A stretch of DNA of 64,000 nucleotides. It comes from an uncultured delta proteobacterium. Its GTDB lineage: Bacteria; Desulfobacterota; RBG-13-43-22. Shown one piece after another: positions 18,941 to 27,599 of the stretch. The notes beneath the pieces were generated by a model. The model was not told the DNA's origin and made no database searches. It saw only the letters and a program-made list of their open reading frames with translations. Position 1 is the stretch's first letter, and the number at the start of each line of letters is the position of its first letter. The stretch lies in NCBI GenBank assembly GCA_963711835.1, contig CAVQFQ010000004.1, positions 416,001 through 480,000 of the forward strand, given 5' to 3'. A program made the translations under genes and the position numbers.

Positions 18941-20092
18941 ATGAATTTTGATCTAAGCGACTATCAAAAAGGAATACGAAAGGACCTGGCCGACTTATTA
19001 AAGGAGGAGGCCGGCCGATTCGCTGCCTTGAGAGATGAAGATCCCAAGACGCTTCAACAGAGGATGCGGAATTTTTTCCAAAAACTGGAAGGCCGCACCG
19101 TATACCTTCACTTGGGGCTCGATCCCCAGGAATTGAAGGAGTCGACCTTTGCTCAAGCCTTGAACAGCATTTTTTTAGGCCAGGAATTAGCCAAGGTCTC
19201 CCCCTCCTTATATATCGCCCTGGAGACGAGCACCCGGCTGTTCGGCTGGATCATTGCCCGCTTTGGAATGGAAACAAACCGCCGGGACTTCCTGATGCCT
19301 CTTCAAAAGGGACAAAAGATCGGGGCGGTGGGCCTGGCCGAATCTTCCGGAAATTTTCCCAAAAATGAAATAGAGACTACCGCCCGGCAGGAGGGGGATT
19401 TTTATCGTATATCGGGATTAAAAAAACAGGTCATCAATGCCCCGATCGCCGATTTTTTTGCCCTAACCGGCCGGATCGACGGGCAAGAGGCTGTCTTTTT
19501 ACTCTCCGCCGACCAGGAAGGTCTGCAGGTTGGGGCTTCCCTGAAAACCCTGGGTTTTCAGGGCTTGACCCAATCCGAGGTCCACTTAAACCAATGCCTG
19601 ATTCCGGCCGACCAGGTCATCGGACCCTTGGCCGATGAGGCCCTTTTTCTTCCTATCCAAATCCGACAAAATCTGATTTACACCCTGGCCTCTTTTGGAA
19701 TCATGGAACGGGCCATCAAGGCCGCCAAACATTATTCCGGAAAAAGCCAGGACGGCGGCAAGCCGCCGCAAGCCTATCAGGAGATCCGTTTCAAGCTGGC
19801 GGAGATGTTTACCCTCTTGCAGACCTCGCAGTGGCTGCTCTACCGGGCAGCCTGGATGTTGGAGGCTCGGATGTCCGAAGCGGAAACAGTGGCTGCCGCC
19901 GCCAAGGTCTTTATCACCGAGTCGGCTGAGGAGGTGACCAGAGGGGCCCTGCAGATCATGGGCTTCGAAGGGTATCAGTCCGGCCATGACTTGGAGGAAT
20001 GCTTCCGGGATGCCCGACTGGGTCCGGTGGCCGGAGAAACCTCAGAAGTACTCCGGATGCGCATTGCCGATGATTGTTTGGGAAAGTACTGA
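18941..20092 (+). CDS. Divergent acyl-CoA dehydrogenase family protein
   Basis: C-terminal YQEIRFKLAEM...ALQIMG...FRDAR conserved; N-terminal FAD motif degenerate (LAESSGNF). Confidence 0.8.
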   Translation: MNFDLSDYQKGIRKDLADLLKEEAGRFAALRDEDPKTLQQRMRNFFQKLEGRTVYLHLGLDPQELKESTFAQALNSIFLGQELAKVSPSLYIALETSTRLFGWIIARFGMETNRRDFLMPLQKGQKIGAVGLAESSGNFPKNEIETTARQEGDFYRISGLKKQVINAPIADFFALTGRIDGQEAVFLLSADQEGLQVGASLKTLGFQGLTQSEVHLNQCLIPADQVIGPLADEALFLPIQIRQNLIYTLASFGIMERAIKAAKHYSGKSQDGGKPPQAYQEIRFKLAEMFTLLQTSQWLLYRAAWMLEARMSEAETVAAAAKVFITESAEEVTRGALQIMGFEGYQSGHDLEECFRDARLGPVAGETSEVLRMRIADDCLGKY

Positions 20093-20167
20093 AAAAGATT
20101 GGGCCAGAGGACCGACAGGCTTAAGGTTTGAGGCAGTTTGTTTTTCTAACAGACAAGGGATTGCGCT

Positions 20168-21784
20168 ATGGAAACCATCGAAACCCGCATCGACACCCGT
20201 TCCCAGGAGTATCAAGATAATTTCCGGCACAACCTGGGCCTGGTGGATCTTCTCAACCACGAGTTGAAGAAGGCCCGGGAGGATCGGTCCGACAAGTCTA
20301 TCGCCCGCATGAAGGAGCAGGGAAAACTCCTGCCCCGAAAGCGCCTGGACCTTCTTCTAGATCGGAATACCCCCTTTCTGGAAATCGGCCCTCTGGCCGC
20401 TTACGACCTTTACGATAAAAAGGTTTACGGGGCCGGAATCATAGCCGGCATCGGGATGGTCGAAGGCCGGGAAGTCCTGGTTCATGCCAACGATTCCCTG
20501 ATCAAGGGCGGGACCATCTACCCCATGGGCGTCAAGAAAGGGCTCCGGATTCAAACCCTGGCCATGGAAAACCGCCTGCCGATCATCAACCTGGTCGATT
20601 CCGGGGGGGCCTATCTGCCCCTGCAATCCGAGATTTTTCCGGATGCCGATGACGGCGGACGCATTTTTTACAACCAGGCCGTAATTTCCAAAATGGGGAT
20701 CCCCCAGATCTGCGGCGTTATGGGACTATGCACCGCCGGGGCCGCCTATATCCCGGCCATGAGCGACGAGGTAGTCCATGTCAAGGGCACCGGGGCCATT
20801 TTCCTGGGAGGGCCGCCCCTGGTCCTGGCCGCCACCGGAGAAGAAGTCACGGCCGATGAATTAGGCGGGGCCCTGGTCCATTGCCGCCAATCCGGCGTTT
20901 CCGACTACTTGGCCGAGGATGATGCCCACTGCATAGAAATCATTCGCCAGATCGTTAAGAACCTTCCTCCAACCCGAAAAACCGAGATCGGCCTGCAGGA
21001 ACCCAAACCAACTCTTTACGACCCCAAGGAACTCTACGGGATCGTTCCCCAGAAGTTAAGCACACCCTATGATGTCCGGGAAGTCATCGCCCGGATGGTG
21101 GACGGCAGTGAGTTTTTGGAATTCAAGGCCCAGTTCGGAACAACCCTGGTCTGCGGCTGGGCCTATATCCACGGCTACCCGGTGGGGATCCTGGGCAATA
21201 ATGGCATCCTTTTTTCGGACAGCTCGCTGAAGGCCACCCAATTCATCCAGCTCTGTGACAAGCGCGGCATCCCCTTGGTCTTTTTGCAGAATATCAACGG
21301 GTATATCATCGGCAAGGAATACGAACGCATCGGCATCACCAAAGACGGCCATAAAATGGTCAATGCCGTCTCCACGGCCACCGTCCCCAAATTCACGGTT
21401 ATCATCGGGGCCTCCTTCGGGGCCGGCAATTACGGCATGTGCGGCCGGGCCTATGGGCCTCGCTTCCTTTGGATGTGGCCCAATGCCCAAATCGGCGTTA
21501 TGGGAGGAGAACAAGCAGCCGACGTCCTGATCACCGTCAAGAACGACCAGTTGGGCCGGGAAGGGCAGCCTTTCCTGCCGGAGGAGATGGTCCGGCAGAT
21601 CCGGGAACCCATTATCGCCTCGGCCCTTAGAGAGGGCAATGCCTATTATTCTACGGCCAATCTCTGGGACGACGGCATCCTGGATCCGGCCAAAACGCGT
21701 GATGTGCTCGGACTGGCCATATCGGCGGCCCTGAATGCCCCGCTGCGGCATGACGTTTATGGGTATGGGACGTTCAGGATGTAA
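20168..21784 (+). CDS. Methylcrotonyl/geranyl-CoA carboxylase-type carboxyltransferase (beta) subunit
   Basis: LVDSGGAYLP, GGRIFYNQ, CTAGAAY, FGAGNYGMCGRAY and WDDGILDP. Confidence 0.9.
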   Translation: METIETRIDTRSQEYQDNFRHNLGLVDLLNHELKKAREDRSDKSIARMKEQGKLLPRKRLDLLLDRNTPFLEIGPLAAYDLYDKKVYGAGIIAGIGMVEGREVLVHANDSLIKGGTIYPMGVKKGLRIQTLAMENRLPIINLVDSGGAYLPLQSEIFPDADDGGRIFYNQAVISKMGIPQICGVMGLCTAGAAYIPAMSDEVVHVKGTGAIFLGGPPLVLAATGEEVTADELGGALVHCRQSGVSDYLAEDDAHCIEIIRQIVKNLPPTRKTEIGLQEPKPTLYDPKELYGIVPQKLSTPYDVREVIARMVDGSEFLEFKAQFGTTLVCGWAYIHGYPVGILGNNGILFSDSSLKATQFIQLCDKRGIPLVFLQNINGYIIGKEYERIGITKDGHKMVNAVSTATVPKFTVIIGASFGAGNYGMCGRAYGPRFLWMWPNAQIGVMGGEQAADVLITVKNDQLGREGQPFLPEEMVRQIREPIIASALREGNAYYSTANLWDDGILDPAKTRDVLGLAISAALNAPLRHDVYGYGTFRM

Positions 21785-21858
21785 GCAAAACGGATGACCT
21801 TAGGGTGCGGCGACTTTTGCCGCCCCGCTGCCAACAGGGAATAAAGGTCTTATGGGTA

Positions 21859-23349
21859 ATGTCCATGTTTAAAAAAGTGTTGATCGCCAATCGCGGTGAG
21901 ATTGCCGTCCGGATTATGCGGACCTGCCGGGAAATGGGCCTCCGGACCGTAGCCGTTTATTCCGAGGTCGACCGCATGGCCCTCCATGTCCTGGAGGCCG
22001 ATGAAGCGGTCTATCTGGGAGAGGCGGAACCGGCTCAAAGCTACTTGAATAAGGACCGGATTATTGAGGCTGCCCGCCGGACCCAATCCGAAGCCATACA
22101 CCCGGGCTACGGCTTCCTGGCTGAAAATGAAAATTTCGCCGAGGCCTGCCACCAGGCCGGGATTGTTTTTATCGGGCCCCCGGCCAAGGTGATTCGCGCA
22201 TTGGGCAACAAAACCGTTGCCAGACGCATCATGTCAGAAGCCGGTGTTCCGGTCATTCCCGGCATGATGGGAACCGCGATTGATCCCAAACTATTGTCTC
22301 AGGAAGCAGATCGGATTGGGTATCCTGTTATTATTAAGGCCGAAGCCGGCGGCGGCGGAAAAGGCATGCGCATTGTTCGGAATCCGCTTGACCTGGAGGA
22401 GGCCTGCCTCTCCTGCCGAAGCGAAGCCGAAAAGGCCTTTGGGAACGAATCCGTATACCTTGAAAAGCACCTGGAATCTCCCCGGCACATTGAATTCCAA
22501 ATCCTGGCCGACAACTGGGGGAATGTGGTCCAGCTCTTTGAACGGGAGTGCTCGATTCAAAGAAGGCATCAGAAGATTATTGAAGAAACCCCCTCCCCGG
22601 CCCTCACCCCAGACCTTCGAGACCTTATGGGTCAGGCAGCCATCTCCGCAGCCAGGGCCTCCGGCTATGTCAATGCCGGGACGGTCGAATTTCTACTCGA
22701 TGGCCAGGGACAATTTTATTTTTTGGAAGTCAACACCCGGCTCCAGGTCGAACATCCTATTACCGAATGCACCACCGGGCTGGACCTGGTCCGGGAACAG
22801 ATAAAGGTGGCCGCCGGAGAGCCCCTGTCTTTTTCGCAAAACGACCTTCGGCAGACAGGCCATGCCATCGAATGCCGGATCTATGCCGAAGACCCGGAAA
22901 ATAATTTCTTTCCCGATCCGGGCAACATCCTCTTTCTAAATGAACCGGCCGGGCCGGGGATCCGCCACGATTGTGGTATTTATGCCGGGGCCGAAGTACC
23001 GGTGGATTACGATCCCATTCTCAGCAAGCTGATCGTCTTTGCCTCCACCCGGGAAGCGGCCCGGCAACGGATGATTCGGGCGCTTAAAAACTGCGTCATC
23101 CTGGGGATTAAAACCACCCTGCCTTTTTTACTGGATGTGATCGCATCCTCCCCGTTTGCCGAAGGTCAAACCAACACGGTTTTCATCGATCGACACTTCG
23201 GCAACTGGAGGCAGGAAAATAAGCGCCGGGATCTGGCCGGGATCATCTATGCGCTGGATGAGGTTACCGGCGCTACCCGGCCCCAGGTCCCCTTTGCCGG
23301 ATCCGGCCTGCTCACCCCCTGGGAAACCCTGGGGCATTGGAGGATCTGA
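21859..23349 (+). CDS. Biotin carboxylase subunit
   Basis: VLIANRGEIA, HPGYGFLAEN, GGGGKGM, ECSIQRRHQK and EVNTRLQVEH. Confidence 0.93.
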   Translation: MSMFKKVLIANRGEIAVRIMRTCREMGLRTVAVYSEVDRMALHVLEADEAVYLGEAEPAQSYLNKDRIIEAARRTQSEAIHPGYGFLAENENFAEACHQAGIVFIGPPAKVIRALGNKTVARRIMSEAGVPVIPGMMGTAIDPKLLSQEADRIGYPVIIKAEAGGGGKGMRIVRNPLDLEEACLSCRSEAEKAFGNESVYLEKHLESPRHIEFQILADNWGNVVQLFERECSIQRRHQKIIEETPSPALTPDLRDLMGQAAISAARASGYVNAGTVEFLLDGQGQFYFLEVNTRLQVEHPITECTTGLDLVREQIKVAAGEPLSFSQNDLRQTGHAIECRIYAEDPENNFFPDPGNILFLNEPAGPGIRHDCGIYAGAEVPVDYDPILSKLIVFASTREAARQRMIRALKNCVILGIKTTLPFLLDVIASSPFAEGQTNTVFIDRHFGNWRQENKRRDLAGIIYALDEVTGATRPQVPFAGSGLLTPWETLGHWRI

Positions 23350-23355
23350 TAGCCC

Positions 23356-23874
23356 ATGAAATATGAATTAAAAATCGGCCAAGAGGCGGTTCAGGTTGAG
23401 TTGATCCCCGGCGATCTTCCCCAGACAGGTCAAGCACTGATTGGTGAAAACCAATACCAGGTCGCCTATCAACCGGTATCCCCTCATCAGCTGCAGATGC
23501 TGGTGAACGGTGAACCGATAAAGGCCTTTATCGTCAGGGACGGTGATCAAAAGCATATAGGTATTGACGGCCAGGTCTTTCGCGTTTCCCAGGGAGATCA
23601 AGGGAAAGGCCGCCAAAGACGTTCCGCCGGGCCGGAGGAAACCCCGGGGGAGGTTACCCCGCCGATGCCTTCGGTAGTGGTGCGCATCCTGGTCAAGGAA
23701 GGGGACTGGGTGGTTAAGGACCAGGGATTGATGGTCGTTTCGGCCATGAAGATGGAGACCACGCTGAAGGCCCCGCATAATGGAAAAGTAATTAAAATCA
23801 ACACCGCCCTCCAGGCCAAGGTCATGCCGGGCGACAAACTGGTGGAAATCCAGGAAGGGACACAAGATGAGTGA
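23356..23874 (+). CDS. Biotin carboxyl carrier protein
   Basis: SAMKME biotinylation motif. Confidence 0.9.
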   Translation: MKYELKIGQEAVQVELIPGDLPQTGQALIGENQYQVAYQPVSPHQLQMLVNGEPIKAFIVRDGDQKHIGIDGQVFRVSQGDQGKGRQRRSAGPEETPGEVTPPMPSVVVRILVKEGDWVVKDQGLMVVSAMKMETTLKAPHNGKVIKINTALQAKVMPGDKLVEIQEGTQDE

Positions 23875-24643
23875 GGATCTGCTGTACACGGTCAAGGATT
23901 ATGTGGCGACCTTCACCCTGAACCGGGAGGCCCGCCGAAATGCCATCAGCCAGGATATGATTACCGCCTTTCACCGCTACCTGGACCAAGCCGATCAGGA
24001 TGAAACAATCCGGGCCGTTTGTGTCACCGGAACCGGTGACAAGTCCTTCTGTGCCGGAGCCGACCTCCTGGTGACGCTGGCCAGGGAGGATGAAGATCGG
24101 CTGGCCGGTGCCCGAAACTACGCCGCCCTTCTCAAGAAGATCGTTCGTTTCAATAAACCGGTGGTCGCCCGGGTCAACGGGGCCTGCCTGGCCGGCGGAT
24201 TGGGATTGATGCTGGCCTGTGATATCGTTATCGCCCGCAGGGATGTGGCCTTCTGGACGCCGGAAGTGAATGTGGGTATCTTTCCCATGATGGTCGGAGC
24301 CCTTCTGATGCGCCATTTGTCTCCGAAGAAAGTCATGGACATGGTTCTGACCGGACGTAAAATCAATGCTCCGGAAGCGGAGCAAGTCGGCCTGATCAGC
24401 CGGGCGGTTGAACTCGAAAAGTTCGACCAGGAGGTCGAAGCGACCTTAAACCTCTTGATCTCCAAGAGTCCGATAGGATTGCGGATCGGCAAGGAGGCTT
24501 TTTATGCCGCCGGCGACCTGCCTTTTGAAGAGGCGGTTGATTATCTCTGCCTGGCCCTGGGCCGGGCCATCTCCACCGAGGATGCCACGGAAGGGATGAT
24601 GGCCTTTATCGAAAAACGGGAGCCAAAATTTAAGGGGCGATAA
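23867..24643 (+). CDS. Enoyl-CoA hydratase/isomerase (crotonase) family
   Basis: FCAGADL, AGGLGL, PEVNVG and EKREPKF. Confidence 0.9.
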   Translation: MSEDLLYTVKDYVATFTLNREARRNAISQDMITAFHRYLDQADQDETIRAVCVTGTGDKSFCAGADLLVTLAREDEDRLAGARNYAALLKKIVRFNKPVVARVNGACLAGGLGLMLACDIVIARRDVAFWTPEVNVGIFPMMVGALLMRHLSPKKVMDMVLTGRKINAPEAEQVGLISRAVELEKFDQEVEATLNLLISKSPIGLRIGKEAFYAAGDLPFEEAVDYLCLALGRAISTEDATEGMMAFIEKREPKFKGR

Positions 24644-24680
24644 GGCGGAATCGATAGCGGCGTTGCTTAATGGAGTTACA

Positions 24681-25133
24681 ATGGACTTTCAGCTCGGCAA
24701 AAGTTATGATGAAATACAGATAGGGGATAAGGCCTCCTTTTCCAAGACCATTACCGAAACCGATGTCTACCTCTTTGCCGGCATCAGCGGGGATTTCAAT
24801 CCCATGCACGTCAATGAGGAATTCGCCAAGCTGACGCCTTTCAAGACCCGGATTGCCCATGGGGCCTTGCCCCAAAGCCTGATCGCACCGGTCTTGGGTA
24901 CCAGACTCCCGGGTCTGGGAACCGTGGCCGTAGAAATAACCACCCGTTTTAGAAAACCGACTTTTTTCGGAGATACGGTCACGGCCACGGCCGAAGTGAT
25001 TGAAAAGATCGAGATTAAAAAAAGGGTCCGGATGAAACTGACCTGGACCAATCAGCGCCGGGAACTTATCGGCGACGGGGAAGCCTTGGTCATCCCCCCG
25101 CCGAAGATGGAAGAGTTAATAACCGCCTTATAA
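24681..25133 (+). CDS. MaoC-type (R)-specific enoyl-CoA hydratase
   Basis: SGDFNPMH...RIAHG; GGAG RBS before the ATG at 24681. Confidence 0.9.
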   Translation: MDFQLGKSYDEIQIGDKASFSKTITETDVYLFAGISGDFNPMHVNEEFAKLTPFKTRIAHGALPQSLIAPVLGTRLPGLGTVAVEITTRFRKPTFFGDTVTATAEVIEKIEIKKRVRMKLTWTNQRRELIGDGEALVIPPPKMEELITAL

Positions 25134-25360
25134 TGGTATCTAACCGATGGGGCCGCTTTTTCTTCCGTCTGTGGCTTTCGGGCTGGTCTTTTTTCCGGAC
25201 TTATCCAGGGGGTATCCCTTACCCCTTCCGCATTCTCGCCCGCTAAAAATCAGCGGTCGAGTCCCGCTGTAGCGGGATTTCCCCATGGGTAAGTCCGGAA
25301 AAGACGGCGCCCTTTCGCCAATGACTCCAGAATAAACAGCCCAACCGGTTTGGGTAACGT
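25133..25360. mobile_element. Second hairpin-forming dispersed repeat (family C), copy 1
   Basis: 25157-25244 recurs at 63914-64000; internal stem 25181-25207 / 25286-25311; degenerate terminal repeats. Confidence 0.65.
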
Positions 25361-25433
25361 CAGTCTTATCGTGAGATTGTTATTAACACCAAAAGGGGAG
25401 AACCCCGAATTCAACACAAAGGAGGAAATTAAA

Positions 25434-25760
25434 ATGGCTTTTACCAACGTGAAAGAAGTGTTTGACAAGATGGCCAGTGTTTTCAACCCCAGTGCCGCCG
25501 GCAGCCTCAATGCGGTATTTCAGTACGATATCACCGGCGACGGAGGAGGAAAGTGGGCGGTTGAGGTTAAGGAAGGGACTTGCAATGTTACCGAAGGGTC
25601 CCATGCCTCTCCGAGCGTAACCATGACCATGGCTGCCGATACCTGGCTGGCCATTGTCAACAAGGAATTGAATGGCATGCAGGCCTTCATGAGCGGCAAG
25701 CTGAAAGCCAGCGGCGACATCATGCTGGCCCAGCGGGTCACCCAACTCTTCCCGCTGTAA
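25434..25760 (+). CDS. SCP2 sterol-binding domain protein
   Basis: FQYDITGDGGGKW...MQAFMSGKLKASGD; AGGAGG RBS. Confidence 0.9.
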   Translation: MAFTNVKEVFDKMASVFNPSAAGSLNAVFQYDITGDGGGKWAVEVKEGTCNVTEGSHASPSVTMTMAADTWLAIVNKELNGMQAFMSGKLKASGDIMLAQRVTQLFPL

Positions 25761-25856
25761 TAACTAACCTGGAAGCTGACTGGAGTTAATCCAACGGGGG
25801 GATGGTGCCTCAAAGGACATTCCTGCTTCCCTGCCTATCGGTTTATTAGGTTACCT

Positions 25857-25885
25857 GTAGGGGCGGGCTTCAGGCCCGCCCCTGC
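25857..25885. repeat. GTAG-type REP-like hairpin
   Basis: GTAG followed by GGGCGGGC-TTCAG-GCCCGCCC. Confidence 0.6.
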
Positions 25886-25941
25886 GATCCGACCGGGGCC
25901 AGTCGGGCTGGGGAAGAAACAGGCTAAATGCTTTAATCTTT

Positions 25942-26273
25942 GGGATAGTCCCAAAGTTACGTGATTATCAAACTGAAGGGGTAGCCTCTTAAGATAGTAA
26001 ATCACCCCAAAGAGCTTCAGGGGTCTTGATTTCAAGGATCGTCCGCCAAAACGCCGGCAGCTTGAACCCGAGCAGGAAGTTTATAAGTGGCGTTAGAAAC
26101 AGGCCAACACCAAAGCGAGTTATCATCTTGGGTGAATGCCCGGCTCCTAGCCAACTTAGAAATTAGGGCCGGGTTGGGGCTATGGACATCCTTTCGGACG
26201 ACCTTGAAATCAAGACCCCTGAAGCTCTCGACGAATGGATAGCTTAAAAATCACGTAACCTTGGGACAAACTC
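25942..26273 (+). mobile_element. MITE-like element, end type B, shared hairpin core
   Basis: 25-bp TIRs GGGATAGTCCCAAAGTTACGTGATT / AATCACGTAACCTTGGGACAAACTC (21/25); perfect 8-bp duplication TAATCTTT. Confidence 0.9.
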
Positions 26274-26297
26274 TAATCTTTAAATGGTAAGGGTGCT

Positions 26298-27437
26298 ATG
26301 TCATTTCAGGAATATTTCGGCGAAACCCACAACCTGGTCCGGCAGACGGTCCGGAAGTTTGTTGAAAGGGAAATCAAGCCTTTCGTAAATCAGTGGGAGG
26401 AGAAGGGCGAATTTCCCCGAGAACTTTACGGCAAGGCCGGAGAGACCGGGATTTTGGGAATCGGCTACCCGGAAGGTTACGGCGGCAGCGGCGGCGATAT
26501 TTTTATTAAAGTAGCCGCCGCTGAAGAAATCCTCCGCTGCGGCTCAGGCGGAGTGGCCGCGGGGTTGGGCTCCCTGGACATTGGCCTGCCGCCGATCGTG
26601 AAGTTCGGCCAACCTTCGCTGAAGGAGCGTCTCATCCCGCCCGTCCTGAGAGGTGATAAAATTTGCGCCCTGGCCATTACCGAACCCGACGCTGGCTCTG
26701 ATGTGGGCGGCATAAAGACCCGGGCCGTCCGCCAGGGCGATCACTACCGGGTCAACGGCCGCAAGACCTTTATTACCAGCGGCGGCCGGGCTGATGTCCT
26801 GACCTGCGCTGTTCGCACCGGCGAACCGGGCCCTCACGGGGTGAGCCTGCTGGTTATCGAAAAAGAAACACCGGGCTTTTCCGTGGCTACTGTGTTCAAA
26901 AAAATGGGCTGGTGGGCCTCGGATACAGCCGAACTGGTTTTTGAAGATTGCCTGGTTCCGGCTGAAAATTTACTGGGTGAAGAGAACCAGGGATTCTATG
27001 GGATCATGGCCAATTTTCAGAACGAACGGCTGCAACTGGCCCTGATGGCCAACATGACCGCTCAACTGGCCTATGAAGAATCCCTGAAATACGTGAAACA
27101 GCGGGAGGCCTTCGGCAGGCGTCTGGAGGGCTTTCAGGTCACCCGTCACAAACTGGCCGACATGGCCACCTTGATTGAAGCCAGCCGGGAATTTACCTAT
27201 CGGATTGCAGCCAAGATGGACGCTGGTCTCAATGTCATTAAAGAGATCTCCATGGCCAAGAATTTTTCCTGCCTGGTCAGCGACCGGGTTACTTATGATG
27301 CCGTGCAGCTTCACGGCGGCTACGGCTATATGCGGGAATATCTGGTGGAAAGGCTTTACCGGGACAACCGCATCCTTTCCATCGGAGGGGGCACCCAGGA
27401 AATCATGAAGGAGATCATTTCAAAAATGATTCTTTAG
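26298..27437 (+). CDS. Acyl-CoA dehydrogenase (citronellyl-CoA dehydrogenase AtuD-like)
   Basis: AITEPDAGSD, KMGWWASDTAEL, NFQNERL and IGGGTQEIMK. Confidence 0.88.
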   Translation: MSFQEYFGETHNLVRQTVRKFVEREIKPFVNQWEEKGEFPRELYGKAGETGILGIGYPEGYGGSGGDIFIKVAAAEEILRCGSGGVAAGLGSLDIGLPPIVKFGQPSLKERLIPPVLRGDKICALAITEPDAGSDVGGIKTRAVRQGDHYRVNGRKTFITSGGRADVLTCAVRTGEPGPHGVSLLVIEKETPGFSVATVFKKMGWWASDTAELVFEDCLVPAENLLGEENQGFYGIMANFQNERLQLALMANMTAQLAYEESLKYVKQREAFGRRLEGFQVTRHKLADMATLIEASREFTYRIAAKMDAGLNVIKEISMAKNFSCLVSDRVTYDAVQLHGGYGYMREYLVERLYRDNRILSIGGGTQEIMKEIISKMIL

Positions 27438-27444
27438 TCGTAAT

Positions 27445-27513
27445 GTTCAGGGTCCAGGGTACAAGGGAAACGATATTTTTAATCCCTTGCGCCCTGTACC
27501 GTGCGCCTTGCGC
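27445..27513. repeat. Inverted heptamer-type repeat tract
   Basis: CAGGGTCCAGGGTACAAGG ... CCTTGCGCCCTGTACCGTGCGCCTTGCGCC. Confidence 0.55.
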
Positions 27514-27599
27514 CAATCCGAAAACAGGTTTAGGGTCGGAGCGTTCCAGTCCTTAACCTGTAGCGAGAAATCCATTATTAAACTTGTAAGGAGGATCCC

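Noticed and set aside
26010-26228. Cassette core as a c-di-AMP (ydaO) riboswitch because of TTGGGTGAAT...CCCG...GCCAAC
   Set aside because: Other conserved riboswitch segments are missing, orientation to neighbouring genes is inconsistent, and TIRs with target duplications indicate a mobile element
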